Part shown: piece after piece, positions 18,327 through 27,333 of the stretch
Layout: every line of letters starts with the position of its first letter
How positions within the stretch are numbered: the first letter of the stretch is position 1
NCBI GenBank assembly: GCA_048595045.1
Contig: JBMDXS010000069.1
Location: 5,392-69,391 of the forward strand
Direction of reading: 5' to 3'
DNA from: Acidimicrobiia bacterium
GTDB lineage: Bacteria; Actinomycetota; Acidimicrobiia; Spongiisociales; ZC4RG35
Length of the DNA: 64,000 nt
The notes under the pieces: model-generated
The model's input: only the letters and a program-made list of their open reading frames with translations
What the model was told of the DNA's origin: nothing
Databases searched by the model: none
Made by a program: the position numbers and the translations under genes

Positions 18327-18403
18327 GGTCGCCATCAGCCGACGGTGCGCTCTGACCAATCCCCCCACCGTCCCACCCGTCGGCGGTCGCCATCAGCCGA
18401 CGG
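18327..18403. repeat. 19-nt perfect direct repeat GGTCGCCATCAGCCGACGG (18327-18345 and 18385-18403) with an internal inverted element. Copy 2 covers the sufB stop codon.
   Basis: Seen directly. The 39-nt spacer also contains CCGTCGGC, which is complementary to GCCGACGG of copy 1. Confidence 0.5.
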
Positions 18404-19847
18404 CGCCCGCCTCCGCCATATTGAGCTCGATGAGCCGGTTCATCTCGACCGCGGACTCCATGGGGAGCTCCTTGACGATCGGCTCGATGAAGCCGGCCAC
18501 GATCATGGATGTGGCCTGATCTTCGGTGAGGCCTCGGGACATCAGATAGAAGAGCTGTTCCTCGCCGAGCTTGGACACGGTGGCCTCGTGGCCGATCTCG
18601 GCGTCGTTCTCCTCGATCTCCATGTAGGGATAGGTGTCGGATCGACTCTCCTCGTCGAGGATCAGGGCGTCGCATCGCACGAATGACTTGGCGTTCTCCG
18701 CTCCCGGCTCGACACGGACCAGCCCGCGATATCCCGCTCTGCCCCCGGATTTCGAGATCGACTTGGAGACGATGGTCGAGGTGGTGTCCTCGGCCACATG
18801 GATGATCTTGGCCCCGGCATCCTGATGCTGGCCTTCGCCGGCGAACGCGATCGAGAGCACCTCGCCATGGGCACCGGGCTCCATCAGCCACACCGCCGGG
18901 TACTTCATGGTGAGTCGGGAACCCAAGTTCCCGTCCACCCATTCCATCGTGGCGTTGCGATAGGCGGCGGCCCGTTTGGTCACCAGGTTGAATACGTTGT
19001 TCGACCAGTTCTGGATCGTGGTGTATCGGCACCGTCCGTTCTCCTTGACCACGATCTCCACAACGGCGGCGTGTAGGGAGTCGGTGGTGTACACCGGAGC
19101 CGAGCAACCCTCGACGTAATGAACGTAGGCGCCCTCGTCCACGATGATCAGGGTCCGCTCGAATTGACCCATGTTCTCCGAGTTGATCCGGAAGTAGGCC
19201 TGGAGCGGCTGGTCGACATGGACCCCGGGCGGCACGTAGATGAAGGAGCCGCCGGACCACACCGCCGAGTTCAGAGCGGCGAACTTGTTGTCGTTGGGCG
19301 GGATGACCGTCCCGAAGTACTCCTTGACGATTTCGGGATACTCACGAAGGGCGGTGTCCATGTCGGTGAAGAGCACCCCGAGCTTCTCCAGGTCCTCACG
19401 ATTGCGGTGGTAGACGACTTCTGACTCGTACTGCGCGGTCACCCCAGCCAGATACTTTCGCTCCGCCTCGGGGATGCCCAGCTTCTCGTAGGTCGTCTTG
19501 ATCGACTCGGGAACCATGTCCCAGTCCTTCTGCTGCTCACCTGCGGGCTTGACGTAGTAATAGATGTCGTCGAAATCGATCGTGTCCAGGGCGCCGCCAC
19601 CACCCCACTGGGGGATCGGCTTACGGAGGAAGCGCTGGTACGCCTTGAGACGGAACTCGAGCATCCACTCGGGCTCCTTCTTCATGGCCGACATCTCCCG
19701 GATGACGTCTTCGTCGAGGCCCTTGCGCGGTGTGAAGGCGTACTCGACCTCGTCGTGCCATCCCAGCTGATAGGCGCCGAGATCTATGTCAACTGTGGCC
19801 ACTGTTCGATCACCTCGAATGTCGCTTGTTTCTGGCCTCTTGTTCAA
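18393..19847 (-). CDS. sufB: Fe-S cluster assembly protein SufB
   Basis: 484 aa with typical SufB N- and C-termini (…[14 protein letters not shown]). Conserved throughout. No sufC, sufD or sufS is adjacent. Confidence 0.9.
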   Translation of the reverse strand: MNKRPETSDIRGDRTVATVDIDLGAYQLGWHDEVEYAFTPRKGLDEDVIREMSAMKKEPEWMLEFRLKAYQRFLRKPIPQWGGGGALDTIDFDDIYYYVKPAGEQQKDWDMVPESIKTTYEKLGIPEAERKYLAGVTAQYESEVVYHRNREDLEKLGVLFTDMDTALREYPEIVKEYFGTVIPPNDNKFAALNSAVWSGGSFIYVPPGVHVDQPLQAYFRINSENMGQFERTLIIVDEGAYVHYVEGCSAPVYTTDSLHAAVVEIVVKENGRCRYTTIQNWSNNVFNLVTKRAAAYRNATMEWVDGNLGSRLTMKYPAVWLMEPGAHGEVLSIAFAGEGQHQDAGAKIIHVAEDTTSTIVSKSISKSGGRAGYRGLVRVEPGAENAKSFVRCDALILDEESRSDTYPYMEIEENDAEIGHEATVSKLGEEQLFYLMSRGLTEDQATSMIVAGFIEPIVKELPMESAVEMNRLIELNMAEAGAVG

Positions 19848-19871
19848 ACGGAATGCGGTCTTGTCGAATTT

Positions 19872-19889
19872 CCACTATCCCGATAGTGG
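19872..19889. promoter_or_regulatory. 18-bp palindrome CCACTATC-CC-GATAGTGG in the divergent promoter region upstream of sufB. It is a candidate operator.
   Basis: Seen directly, 25 nt upstream of the sufB start in an AT-richer stretch. Confidence 0.35.
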
Positions 19890-19966
19890 GATTGTACCGG
19901 ATGGCCCCGACTGGGGGCGAGGCAGCCGGCTCGAGCGTTGACGAATGAGGAGGTTAGGTTCGGGAT

Positions 19967-20449
19967 ATGCCGGTGATCGTGGTCGGAGCCGACACCGATA
20001 AGGGAAGGGCGCTGGTCGACGGGCTGGTGGCGCCGGGACGTGAGGTGAGGGCGTTCGTCTCTGATCCCGGATCCGTCGCCGAGCTCAGAGCAAGAGGTGT
20101 GAAGGTGGCGCTGGGCGACGTCTCGGACGAGAGCCACATCCAGGCCGCGCTCACCGACTGCTTCACCGTTGTCCTGGTCACCGAGGCCGCACGGGATGGA
20201 AGGGAGCGCGCGTTCGCCACCACCGAACTGCAGGTGATGCGCAGTTGGGCGGCCGCAGCGGCGGCCTCGGGAGTGAACCGGGTCATCTGGGTACACGACG
20301 GCGACTCCCCGCCAGTCGCCTCGGCAGAGACACGGAGCGTCTCACCGGCGAGTCCGGGGCTAGTCGGGGAGGTCGTCGCCCTGGACGATGCCCGTGTCCT
20401 CCCCGAGGGGCGGAGTGGCGTGGAAGGCGAGCAAAACGGTCCCCAATAG
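19967..20449 (+). CDS. Short NAD(P)-binding Rossmann-like protein (NmrA/atypical-SDR-like N-terminal half)
   Basis: The N-terminus MPVIVVGADTDKGRALVDGLVAPGREVRAFV resembles a Rossmann GxxGxxG region. The protein is 160 aa, and GAGGAGG lies 13 nt upstream. Confidence 0.4.
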   Translation: MPVIVVGADTDKGRALVDGLVAPGREVRAFVSDPGSVAELRARGVKVALGDVSDESHIQAALTDCFTVVLVTEAARDGRERAFATTELQVMRSWAAAAAASGVNRVIWVHDGDSPPVASAETRSVSPASPGLVGEVVALDDARVLPEGRSGVEGEQNGPQ

Positions 20450-20454
20450 GGATA

Positions 20455-21081
20455 TCACGCCAGCTTGCCCTGACCGTATCTCATCGAGCCACGCAGCGCC
20501 GCCGCCTGAGTCTCCTGGGCACGGGCGAAGGCGTCCTTCAAGAACGGGTATGGGTCTATGGCGCTTCCATCGAAGGCCAGCTCGAAGTGGGTGTGCGACC
20601 CGGTCCACTCCGCATTCCCCGAGTCGCCCACATAGGCGATCTGCTGGCCCGCATCGACATGGGTCCCGACCGCGAGCCCCTCGACCACCGTGAGCGACCA
20701 ATCCGCATCGCCATTGTCGGTGCCGGGGTCGTCGTTGTTGAGATGCATGTAGCGGGTGGACCAGCCGCCGGCGTGCTGGATCTCGACGTACCGCCCCCCG
20801 AGACTCGAGGTGTCGATGATGGCGATGACGCCTTCGCCTGCCGCATAGACGGGTGTGAGCTTGGGGGCCATCAGATCGTTGCCATCATGATGCCGGCCCC
20901 CGGATCTCGAGGCACCGAAAGTCGACGAGAAGACGGTGACCTGCCAGTCCTGGGGGAACTCGATACCGAACGGTGGTGCGGTCTCGGCTTGTGCGGGAGG
21001 GGCGGGGACAGCGAAGCCGGCCACCAAGAAGGCCACCAGCGCCAGGGCGAGACAGGGCGCGGCCTTTCCATGCGACGTCAT
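20455..21081 (-). CDS. Secreted M23-family metallopeptidase
   Basis: A signal peptide MTSHGKAAPCLALALVAFLVAGFAVPAPPAQA, then the M23 core HHDGNDL...GDSGN...HTHFE. Confidence 0.8.
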   Translation of the reverse strand: MTSHGKAAPCLALALVAFLVAGFAVPAPPAQAETAPPFGIEFPQDWQVTVFSSTFGASRSGGRHHDGNDLMAPKLTPVYAAGEGVIAIIDTSSLGGRYVEIQHAGGWSTRYMHLNNDDPGTDNGDADWSLTVVEGLAVGTHVDAGQQIAYVGDSGNAEWTGSHTHFELAFDGSAIDPYPFLKDAFARAQETQAAALRGSMRYGQGKLA

Positions 21082-21097
21082 AGATCTCCTGACCTTC

Positions 21098-21133
21098 GTG
21101 AAACAAAAACGAGGGACTTTCCTGGGTCCCTCG
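21098..21133 (-). terminator. Rho-independent terminator, or attenuator stem-loop followed by a T-tract
   Basis: An 8-bp perfect stem CGAGGGAC/GTCCCTCG with an 8-nt loop. On the minus strand it is followed by UUUUUGUUU. It lies 25 nt upstream of the M23 start and about 90 nt downstream of the 21222-21677 gene. Confidence 0.55.
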
Positions 21134-21221
21134 CAGCGGGGGGCACCCTATGGGGTACCGGATCGCTACACCAACTCCGCGCACAGAGTGATATCGGCGC
21201 GCGGACGGCGCGCAGCCCGGG

Positions 21222-21677
21222 TCAGACGGGGGGCGGCTCCGTGGGCCGGGCACGGACCATGAAGCGAAGACGAGACACCGGTTCGTCGTCGACCGTGATC
21301 ACGAACGAATACGACCCCTCCGATGAGAAGAGGAGATTGTTGAAGGTGAAAGACCTGACCACGCCGAAGTCGGTGGCCGGCGAGGCCTGTGGGTGGGCGG
21401 GGAGCTTCACCTGATGAGACAACGGCTTGGCCATGAGTGGGGCGCCGTCGGCGTCCTGTAGATCGACCGATAAGTCGAGCACGTCGGCGCGCCACGAGCT
21501 GGGGACCCGGAGGCGCAGTCCGATGGCCATACTGGGGTGCCGGGCCGGGAACGAACGCACCCACAGGGTGTCCCAGCCGCCCCCGAGCACGAATAGCTTG
21601 CCCCGGACCGCCTGCACCGCATCGGCCAGCAGGGCCACATCGATGGTCGGGCCGATCGAGTCGGGGGCACGATCCAT
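21222..21677 (-). CDS. Hypothetical protein (151 aa)
   Basis: Protein-like composition (MDRAPDSIGPTIDVALLADAVQAVRGKLFVLGGGWDTLW...). The overlapping Arg-rich alternative frame was rejected. Confidence 0.45.
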   Translation of the reverse strand: MDRAPDSIGPTIDVALLADAVQAVRGKLFVLGGGWDTLWVRSFPARHPSMAIGLRLRVPSSWRADVLDLSVDLQDADGAPLMAKPLSHQVKLPAHPQASPATDFGVVRSFTFNNLLFSSEGSYSFVITVDDEPVSRLRFMVRARPTEPPPV

Positions 21678-21750
21678 GCACTCAGCCTATGTGGATCGGG
21701 CGATCGATAGTGCGTCTCCAGATGCCTATCGTGGCACCCAGGAGGTCTCC

Positions 21751-23073
21751 ATGTCGCCAAGTCAGCCGCCTGCCCCTGCCACCGGGAAGCTCGGGATCCT
21801 CACCCCGGGCATGGGAGCCGTCTCCACCACCTTCATCGCCGGGGTCCTGGCCGCCCGCAAGGGCTACGCCCACCCCTTTGGTTCACTGTCCCAGCTGTCC
21901 CACATCCGTCTGGGGAAGAGGACAGACGGCCGCAATCCGCTCATCAAGGAATTCGTCCCTCTCGCAGGGCTCGACGACCTCGAGTTCGGCGGTTGGGATC
22001 CCTACTCGGACGATGCCTACACCTCGGCGATGAAGGCGGGAGTCCTCGATGCCCGGGACATAGAGGGGATCGGCGACGAGCTCCGAGCGGTTCAGCCCTA
22101 CCCCGCCGTGTTCTCCAGCCGATGGGTCAAGAATCTCGACGGGATCGACCAGGTCAAGGAGGCCGCGACCCATATGGACCTGGCTGAGCGTCTGATGGAG
22201 GACATCGACCATTTCCGGGGCGAACGTGGCGTCGACCGTCTCGTCATGGTCTGGTGCGGCTCGACCGAGGCGTACGAGGAGCCTTCCGCCGTCCATTCCG
22301 ACCTCCAGGCGTTCGAGCAGGGTCTGAAGGACAACGACCCCGCCATCAGCCCGTCGCAGATCTACGCCTATGCAGCCCTCAAGATGAAGGTCCCCTTCGC
22401 CAACGGGGCGCCGAATCTCACCGTGGACATCCCGGCCATGGTCGAGCTCGCCGCCCTGGAGGAGGTGCCGATCTCAGGCAAGGACTTCAAGACGGGCCAA
22501 ACCCTGATGAAGACGATGGTCGCGCCCGGCCTGAAGGCCCGAATGCTCGGCGTGAAGGGATGGTTCTCCACCAACATCCTGGGCAACCGTGACGGCGAGG
22601 TCCTCGACGACCCCGATAGCTTCAGGTCGAAGGAGGTCTCCAAGCTCGGTGTCCTCGAGCAGATCCTGCAGCCCGAGGTGTATCCCGAGCTGTACGGCGA
22701 TATCTATCACAAGGTCCGCATCAACTACTACCCGCCCCGAGGCGACGACAAGGAGGGATGGGACAGCATCGACATCTTCGGATGGCTCGGCTACCCCATG
22801 CAGATCAAGATCGACTTCCTCTGCAAGGACTCGATCCTCGCCGCCCCCATCGTCCTCGATCTGGCCCTTTTCATGGATCTTGCCGCTCGTTCCGGCTGGA
22901 CCGGGGTCCAGGAATGGCTCTCCTTCTACTTCAAGAGCCCGCAGTCGGCCCCGGGGCTGTACGCCGAGAACGATCTCTTCATCCAGCTCACCAAGCTGAA
23001 GAACAATCTTCGGCACATGATGGGTGAAGAGCTGATAACCCATCTCGGCACCGAGTATTACGAAGACGTGTGA
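21751..23073 (+). CDS. ino1: Inositol-3-phosphate synthase (myo-inositol-1-phosphate synthase)
   Basis: STNILGNRDG matches the eukaryote-like MIPS motif (SYNHLGNNDG). An N-terminal Gly-rich NAD-binding segment is present. The protein is about 440 aa, and GGAGG precedes the ATG at 21751. Confidence 0.7.
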   Translation: MSPSQPPAPATGKLGILTPGMGAVSTTFIAGVLAARKGYAHPFGSLSQLSHIRLGKRTDGRNPLIKEFVPLAGLDDLEFGGWDPYSDDAYTSAMKAGVLDARDIEGIGDELRAVQPYPAVFSSRWVKNLDGIDQVKEAATHMDLAERLMEDIDHFRGERGVDRLVMVWCGSTEAYEEPSAVHSDLQAFEQGLKDNDPAISPSQIYAYAALKMKVPFANGAPNLTVDIPAMVELAALEEVPISGKDFKTGQTLMKTMVAPGLKARMLGVKGWFSTNILGNRDGEVLDDPDSFRSKEVSKLGVLEQILQPEVYPELYGDIYHKVRINYYPPRGDDKEGWDSIDIFGWLGYPMQIKIDFLCKDSILAAPIVLDLALFMDLAARSGWTGVQEWLSFYFKSPQSAPGLYAENDLFIQLTKLKNNLRHMMGEELITHLGTEYYEDV

Positions 23074-23477
23074 CCGCCGACGCGATCGAGTTCGGGGAAT
23101 GGTCGATCCCTGAAGGCGAGATCGAAGAGCGATTCGACACTCCCGGCGGGCCCGGTGGCCAGCAGGCCAACAAGACCGAAACGGCAGTCACCATTCGTTT
23201 CGACATCACCGCCTCATCTCTTCCCGAGCCTGTTCAGCAGAGACTGGTCCTGGGGCTGGGACCGGTGGTGGAGACTCATGCCTCCGACACCCGATCGCAG
23301 TGGCGCAATCGCGAGATCGCCAGGCAACGTCTCACCGAACGCCTCGAGACGGCGCTGGCGGAAGCGAAGCCCCGCAAGAAGACCAAGGCACCCAAGGCGG
23401 CGAAAGAGCGCCGTCTCGCCGACAAGAAGGCCCGAAGCGAGAAGAAAAAGGCCCGCCAGCGGCCCGATCCGGACTGA
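23070..23477 (+). CDS. arfB: Alternative ribosome-rescue factor ArfB (GGQ-motif peptidyl-tRNA hydrolase domain protein)
   Basis: GPGGQQANKTETAVTIRFDI is the GGQ motif. The C-terminal tail is rich in Lys and Arg. A GTG start overlaps the ino1 stop. Confidence 0.7.
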   Translation: MTADAIEFGEWSIPEGEIEERFDTPGGPGGQQANKTETAVTIRFDITASSLPEPVQQRLVLGLGPVVETHASDTRSQWRNREIARQRLTERLETALAEAKPRKKTKAPKAAKERRLADKKARSEKKKARQRPDPD

Positions 23478-23536
23478 ACGAGGCGAGATCTTGGAATTAC
23501 CGGCTGCGAACCTACGTTCGATGGTGTGTGCAGACC

Positions 23537-24484
23537 ATGCGTAACGCAGAGAAGAGACACGGTTCACTCGTCGACGAGACGGGGCGTCTCACCAGCGATT
23601 CCCTGAGCCACTACCTGTCAGGGATCGGTGGTAGGCCCCTGCTCACCGCCGAGGACGAGGTCAGGCTGGCACAGGCAATGGAGGCCGGGTCTGACGCCAG
23701 CGCCTCTCTGGCGGCCGGCGTCGAGGACGCGTCCGAGAGGGTGCGTCTGCAGCGTGCCGCCCGCGAGGGCTCCCGGGCCCGTCAGGAGTTCATCGAGGCC
23801 AACCTGCGTCTCGTCGTGTCCAACGCCCGTCTCTACGCCGGGCCCAACGTCGAGATGCTCGATCTGATCCAGGAGGGCAACCTGGGGCTGATCAGGGCCG
23901 TCGAGAAGTTCGACTGGCGCAGAGGGTTCAAGTTCTCCACCTATGCCACCTGGTGGATCCGCCAGGCGCTGCAGCGCGCCCGTGCCGATCAGAGCGACAC
24001 CATCCACATCCCCTCTGCTCTCTTCGACATCATCCCGGTCGTCCGGGGCGCCGCCGACGAGCTGCGAACCAAGTTGGGGCGGGTCGCTACCGCCGAGGAG
24101 ATCTCAGACCTCACCGGTGTGGCCGTGGTCGACGTCGAGAAGGCGCTGTCCGTGGCGACCACGGTCGCACTGGAGACGCCGGTTGGCGAGGACGGTGCCC
24201 TGCTGGGCGACTTCATCACCGACTCGGAAGCGATCGACCCGGCCACCGAGGTCGAGTACAGGATCGTGGAGGACACGCTTCGGGCCGGTCTTGCCCATCT
24301 GCCCGAGTTGCACCGGCAGGTGCTCGAGCTACGTTTCGGCTTCACGGACGGCGCTCCTGCTGCGTTTTCGACCGTCTCCAATGTGACCGGTGTGCCCGAA
24401 ACCGAGGTACGGGAATTGGTCACCGAGGCGCTGGCGCTCCTCGCCGCCGATCTCAGGTCGGTCGAGGACATGAGGGCCGCCTAG
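23537..24484 (+). CDS. RNA polymerase sigma-70 family factor (principal-like, group 1/2 type)
   Basis: Region 2 is FIEANLRLVVSNARLY...LDLIQEGNLGLIRAVEKFDWRRGFKFSTYATWWIRQAL. Regions 3 and 4 are also present. The ATG at 23537 gives about 316 aa. Confidence 0.8.
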   Translation: MRNAEKRHGSLVDETGRLTSDSLSHYLSGIGGRPLLTAEDEVRLAQAMEAGSDASASLAAGVEDASERVRLQRAAREGSRARQEFIEANLRLVVSNARLYAGPNVEMLDLIQEGNLGLIRAVEKFDWRRGFKFSTYATWWIRQALQRARADQSDTIHIPSALFDIIPVVRGAADELRTKLGRVATAEEISDLTGVAVVDVEKALSVATTVALETPVGEDGALLGDFITDSEAIDPATEVEYRIVEDTLRAGLAHLPELHRQVLELRFGFTDGAPAAFSTVSNVTGVPETEVRELVTEALALLAADLRSVEDMRAA

Positions 24485-24513
24485 ACGCCGACTCGCCGCC
24501 CTAAGGTCGCCAC

Positions 24514-25164
24514 ATGGCGACCATGACCGACGAGACCTGGGACTTCATAAACCGGTACTCCCGCGAAGTGTTCGGCTCACAAGACGAGCATCTGGCCGGA
24601 TTGATGGATCAAGCCGTCAGGGCGGGCCTGCCCGCCATCGCGGTGGGCCCCGATGTCGGACGTCTCTTGATGATCCTCACCTCGATGACCGAGGGGCGGC
24701 TCGCAGTCGAGGTGGGGACTCTCGCCGGGTACTCGGGAATCTGGCTGACCCGGGGGCTCAGGCCCGAAGGGCGTCTCATCACCATCGAATCCGAGCCCTC
24801 CCACGCCCAATTCGCAGCAGAACAGTTCGTGAAGGCCGGCATCTCGGACCGGGTCGACCTCCGCATCGGCACAGGCCTGGAGGTGCTCGCTCGGCTGCCC
24901 GGCGAGCTGGAGACGGAGGACGTCGACGTGCTCTTTCTCGATGCCATCAAGTCTGAGTACGTTGGCTATTTCGAGGCCGTCCGATCCCTGATCCCCGTTG
25001 GTGGGCTGGTCATCGCCGACAACGTATATGGAACCGGAGAGGGTTGGATCGACCGAGGACATGGGACCGACGAGTTCAACCGCCACATGGCGGCGGACCG
25101 TGACTTCGAGTCGGCCGCCTTCCCCTTCCGGGAAGGGGTGATGATCGCGCTGCGAGTCAGCTGA
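24514..25164 (+). CDS. Class I SAM-dependent O-methyltransferase (family 3, caffeoyl-CoA OMT-like)
   Basis: VEVGTLAGYSGIWL (SAM-binding motif I) and DVLFLDAIKSEY. The protein is about 216 aa. Confidence 0.8.
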   Translation: MATMTDETWDFINRYSREVFGSQDEHLAGLMDQAVRAGLPAIAVGPDVGRLLMILTSMTEGRLAVEVGTLAGYSGIWLTRGLRPEGRLITIESEPSHAQFAAEQFVKAGISDRVDLRIGTGLEVLARLPGELETEDVDVLFLDAIKSEYVGYFEAVRSLIPVGGLVIADNVYGTGEGWIDRGHGTDEFNRHMAADRDFESAAFPFREGVMIALRVS

Positions 25165-26347
25165 AGGAGCGCGCTCCGGCAATCCTGTCCGGCTTCCCGA
25201 TTGCAGTCACGGGCAACTGAGACACCCTGAGCCAGCGTTTGGGGATCATGAACCCGGGCAGTCTCTCCCTCAGCTGCGTCGCCACCTCACCCTCGCCGAT
25301 ATCGCCGACGTAGAGGCAAGCCGACTCCATCCCCCACTCCTGGCTGGGTAGGCCCACCACCAGTGCGCCGTCGACACCGGGCAGGGAGGCGATCTCGGCC
25401 TCGACCATCCCCGGGTCTATGTTCTCACCGCCACTGACGATGATCGTGTCGGCCCGACCGAGCACGCGCAGGGCCCCGTCCTCGTCGATCGAGCCCAGGT
25501 CGCCAGTCACCAGCCAGTCACCCTCTCGCTCCGGCTCCCCGACATAACCGGGGCTCACCATCGGGCCGCGCACGGCGATACGGCCGTCCGGCCCGATCCG
25601 CAACTCGGCGCCGGGCAAGGGATGCGCCCGGTTGGTTGGAGGGTCGCCCGGCCGGAGGGTGGCGATTTGCCCCGCCGTCTCGGTCAGCCCGTAGGTGGGA
25701 AGCAACGGCAGACCGGTGGCGAGTCCTCTCTCCAAGATGCTGTCGGGTATCGGCCCACCTCCGAGTAGAACGGCCCTGAGGCCCTCGTGGGCGCGGGTAT
25801 CGACGTCGAGGACCCGTGCCAGCATCGTTGGCACCATCGAGGCCATCGTCACCCCGTTGTGCAGTTCGGCTGCATAGGCCCGGGGATCGAAGCCGTCGAG
25901 CATGCGGACGCTCCCTCCCGCGTAGGCCGATCTGAGCAGGATGGAGAGCCCGGCGACGTGATGCAGCGGCATCGCCAGAAGCCAGACATCGTCGGGCCCA
26001 TGACCGAGGTGGCGCATGGAGGCATCGGCCGCCGCCATCCAGTTCTCCCGGGTGAGCCGGACGCCCTTCCTCCCACCTGTGGTCCCCGAGGTGAACATCA
26101 CGGTGGCCGCCCCGGCAGGATCGACCGGGCCCGGGTCGAGGTCGTCGCCGGCAAGCACCGCCGAACCTCGGGACACGACGGCAAATATGTCGACCACCGA
26201 TGCCATATCCGGCCGTGGACGGATGACTTCGACCCCGGTCACAGCCCGCCCTTCGATTGCCGCCACCATCTCGCCGTAGCTCAGGCTCCCCCCTGCCGTC
26301 TCGAGGAAGACCCGCCCCGGGTCGTGTCGCTTCAGCCAGTCGAGCAT
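25157..26347 (-). CDS. menE: AMP-dependent synthetase/ligase, probably o-succinylbenzoate-CoA ligase
   Basis: An adenylate-forming box FTSGTTGGRKGV and a short (396 aa) MenE-like architecture. It lies divergent to menB-menA. Confidence 0.65.
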   Translation of the reverse strand: MLDWLKRHDPGRVFLETAGGSLSYGEMVAAIEGRAVTGVEVIRPRPDMASVVDIFAVVSRGSAVLAGDDLDPGPVDPAGAATVMFTSGTTGGRKGVRLTRENWMAAADASMRHLGHGPDDVWLLAMPLHHVAGLSILLRSAYAGGSVRMLDGFDPRAYAAELHNGVTMASMVPTMLARVLDVDTRAHEGLRAVLLGGGPIPDSILERGLATGLPLLPTYGLTETAGQIATLRPGDPPTNRAHPLPGAELRIGPDGRIAVRGPMVSPGYVGEPEREGDWLVTGDLGSIDEDGALRVLGRADTIIVSGGENIDPGMVEAEIASLPGVDGALVVGLPSQEWGMESACLYVGDIGEGEVATQLRERLPGFMIPKRWLRVSQLPVTAIGKPDRIAGARSFS

Positions 26348-26381
26348 GTGGTCACCATTCCCTGATCCGAATTGTGCTCAT

Positions 26382-27329
26382 GTGCCCCGAGAATCTCCAC
26401 AGAACGATCCCCTCTCGTATCCTGCGCCGGTGGTCTCTGCGCTCTTCGACGAATCGACCTGGGACGAGGTGCCTGGGTTCGAGTTCACCGACATCACCTA
26501 TCACAAGGCGATCGGGCAGGGAGTGGTGCGGGTCGCCTTCGACCGGCCCGAGGTGCGAAACGCATTTCGCCCTCAAACGGTGGACGAGCTGTTCGCGGCC
26601 CTCGACCACGCCCGCCAGTCGGCCAACGTCGGCTGTGTCCTCCTCACCGGGAACGGGCCATCCCCCAAGGACGGGGGGTGGGCCTTCTGTGCGGGAGGGG
26701 ACCAGCGGATCAGAGGCAGGGATGGGTATCAGTACGCCAGCGGTGAGGAGGCCGCCAGCGTCGACCAGGCGCGGCTGGGCCGTCTCCACATCCTGGAGGT
26801 GCAGCGCCTCATCCGGTTCATGCCCAAAGTGGTCATCGCCGTCGTCCCGGGGTGGGCCGTGGGCGGGGGTCATTCCCTTCACGTGGTCTGTGACCTGACT
26901 CTGGCCTCGCGGGAGCACGCCATCTTCAAACAGACCGACGCCGACGTCGCCTCGTACGACGCCGGGTACGGGTCGGCTTACCTGGCACGGCAGATAGGCC
27001 AGAAACGGGCCCGGGAGATCTTCTTCCTTGGCCGTGAGTACTCGGCAGCCGAGGCCCACCAGATGGGGATGGTCAATGCAGTGATCGCACACGAGAAGCT
27101 GGAGGAGGCGGCCTTGGAATGGGCGGTCGAGATCACCACCAAGAGCCCTACGGCCCAGCGCATGCTCAAGTTCGCCTTCAACCTGATCGACGACGGCCTC
27201 GTCGGCCAGCAGATCTTCGCCGGCGAGGCCACCCGTCTCGGATATATGACCGATGAGGCGAAAGAGGGTCGCGACGCGTTCCTCGAGAAACGGGAGCCCG
27301 ACTTCGGTCAGTATCCCTGGCACTACTGA
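26382..27329 (+). CDS. menB: 1,4-dihydroxy-2-naphthoyl-CoA synthase
   Basis: Crotonase fold with DITYH...VRVAFDRPEVRNAFRP...FCAGGDQ. The GTG at 26382 places DITYH at a MenB-like position. The listed start at 26346 would overlap the menE start. Confidence 0.85.
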   Translation: MPRESPQNDPLSYPAPVVSALFDESTWDEVPGFEFTDITYHKAIGQGVVRVAFDRPEVRNAFRPQTVDELFAALDHARQSANVGCVLLTGNGPSPKDGGWAFCAGGDQRIRGRDGYQYASGEEAASVDQARLGRLHILEVQRLIRFMPKVVIAVVPGWAVGGGHSLHVVCDLTLASREHAIFKQTDADVASYDAGYGSAYLARQIGQKRAREIFFLGREYSAAEAHQMGMVNAVIAHEKLEEAALEWAVEITTKSPTAQRMLKFAFNLIDDGLVGQQIFAGEATRLGYMTDEAKEGRDAFLEKREPDFGQYPWHY

Positions 27330-27333
27330 CCAG

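Noticed and set aside
20245-21414. 389-aa plus-strand ORF spanning the M23 peptidase region.
   Set aside because: Arg/Gly-rich low-complexity translation, opposite a gene with a clear signal peptide and M23 motifs.
21166-21681. 171-aa minus-strand ORF overlapping the hypothetical gene at 21222-21677 in another frame.
   Set aside because: Arg/Gly/Pro-rich. The alternative frame (151 aa) has ordinary protein composition. It would also run through the terminator hairpin.
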